A DNA stretch of 64,000 nucleotides, from assembly GCF_964194155.1 (NCBI RefSeq), contig NC_135883.1, positions 6,324,001-6,388,000 of the forward strand, written 5' to 3'. Shown here piece by piece: positions 63,569-64,000 of this stretch. The notes under the pieces are model-generated. The model made no database searches and was not told the origin of the DNA. It saw only the letters and a program-made list of their open reading frames with translations. This DNA is from Cetorhinus maximus. Lineage: Eukaryota. Both the position numbers and the translations under genes were made by a program. How positions within the stretch are numbered: position 1 is the first letter of the stretch; each line of letters begins with the position of its first letter.

Positions 63569-64000
63569 ATTCGGCGATAGTAATGCCGTTGAATGTCATG
63601 GGGAGATGGTTAGATTCTCTCTTGTCCATCCTCCAAAGCCCACCGCTGCAGAGGGACTCTATCTGTTTATCCTTTGTTTGTCTGTGTGCGTGCTGGGGCA
63701 ATTCTTTAGGAAGAGATAGACAGCTAGACTTCCTGATTACAGTTGTGTGTTAACCAGTACGTGCAACTTGTTAACTGAAATTTTATTTTAAAATACATTA
63801 CTCATTCTGAGTTTTCGAAAGAAGCCTAGTCAGAGTCTTTCTTCTTCTTGGTACTAGAAGTATAGGTACACAATTGGCCATTTCGGTGTTAATAATTAAA
63901 CATTTTAATAAATGGTACGGCCTGCGGAGTAGTGGGGTTTGATAATTTGTGCACTCCTCCCAGCCCGGTCCTAACATCAGTTTGAGCCTGAATCTTGACC

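Noticed and set aside
930-63753. Hundreds of 60-280 aa ORFs in the six-frame track as independent genes
   Set aside because: The recognisable ones are frameshifted TE fragments or their antisense shadows, and GC-rich MITEs produce spurious ORFs. The real exons are not in the track.

Overview
Eukaryotic, repeat-dense vertebrate DNA. The repeat inventory suggests a cartilaginous fish (inference, not a database result). The only host coding sequence I can support is two spliced exons of a kinesin-2 gene best matching KIF3C (55927-56028 and 57415-57537, + strand), so the window is probably almost all intron. The rest is nested transposon relics: two Penelope-like elements, two Gypsy LTR elements, a solo LTR, two CR1-group LINE families, L1 and RTE fragments, SINEs, one near full-length two-gene PIF/Harbinger transposon and about nine Harbinger-type non-autonomous elements. 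The most interesting signals are structural. (1) There are three minimal hammerhead ribozyme motifs, one with a non-canonical CUGUUGA core inside a 106-bp insertion flanked by a target-site duplication (TSD). (2) A 161-bp tRNA-headed unit with GAAA-tetraloop hairpins is present as a 1.9-mer between 14-bp direct repeats, which resembles a retrozyme or circular-template insertion. (3) A 51-bp fold-back hairpin turns at a hammerhead remnant. (4) One MITE family is a chain of hairpins with compensatory changes between copies. Boundaries defined by TSDs, terminal inverted repeats (TIRs), LTRs or splice sites were read by eye to the base; other boundaries are approximate. No searches or folding programs were run, and family names come from motif recognition.
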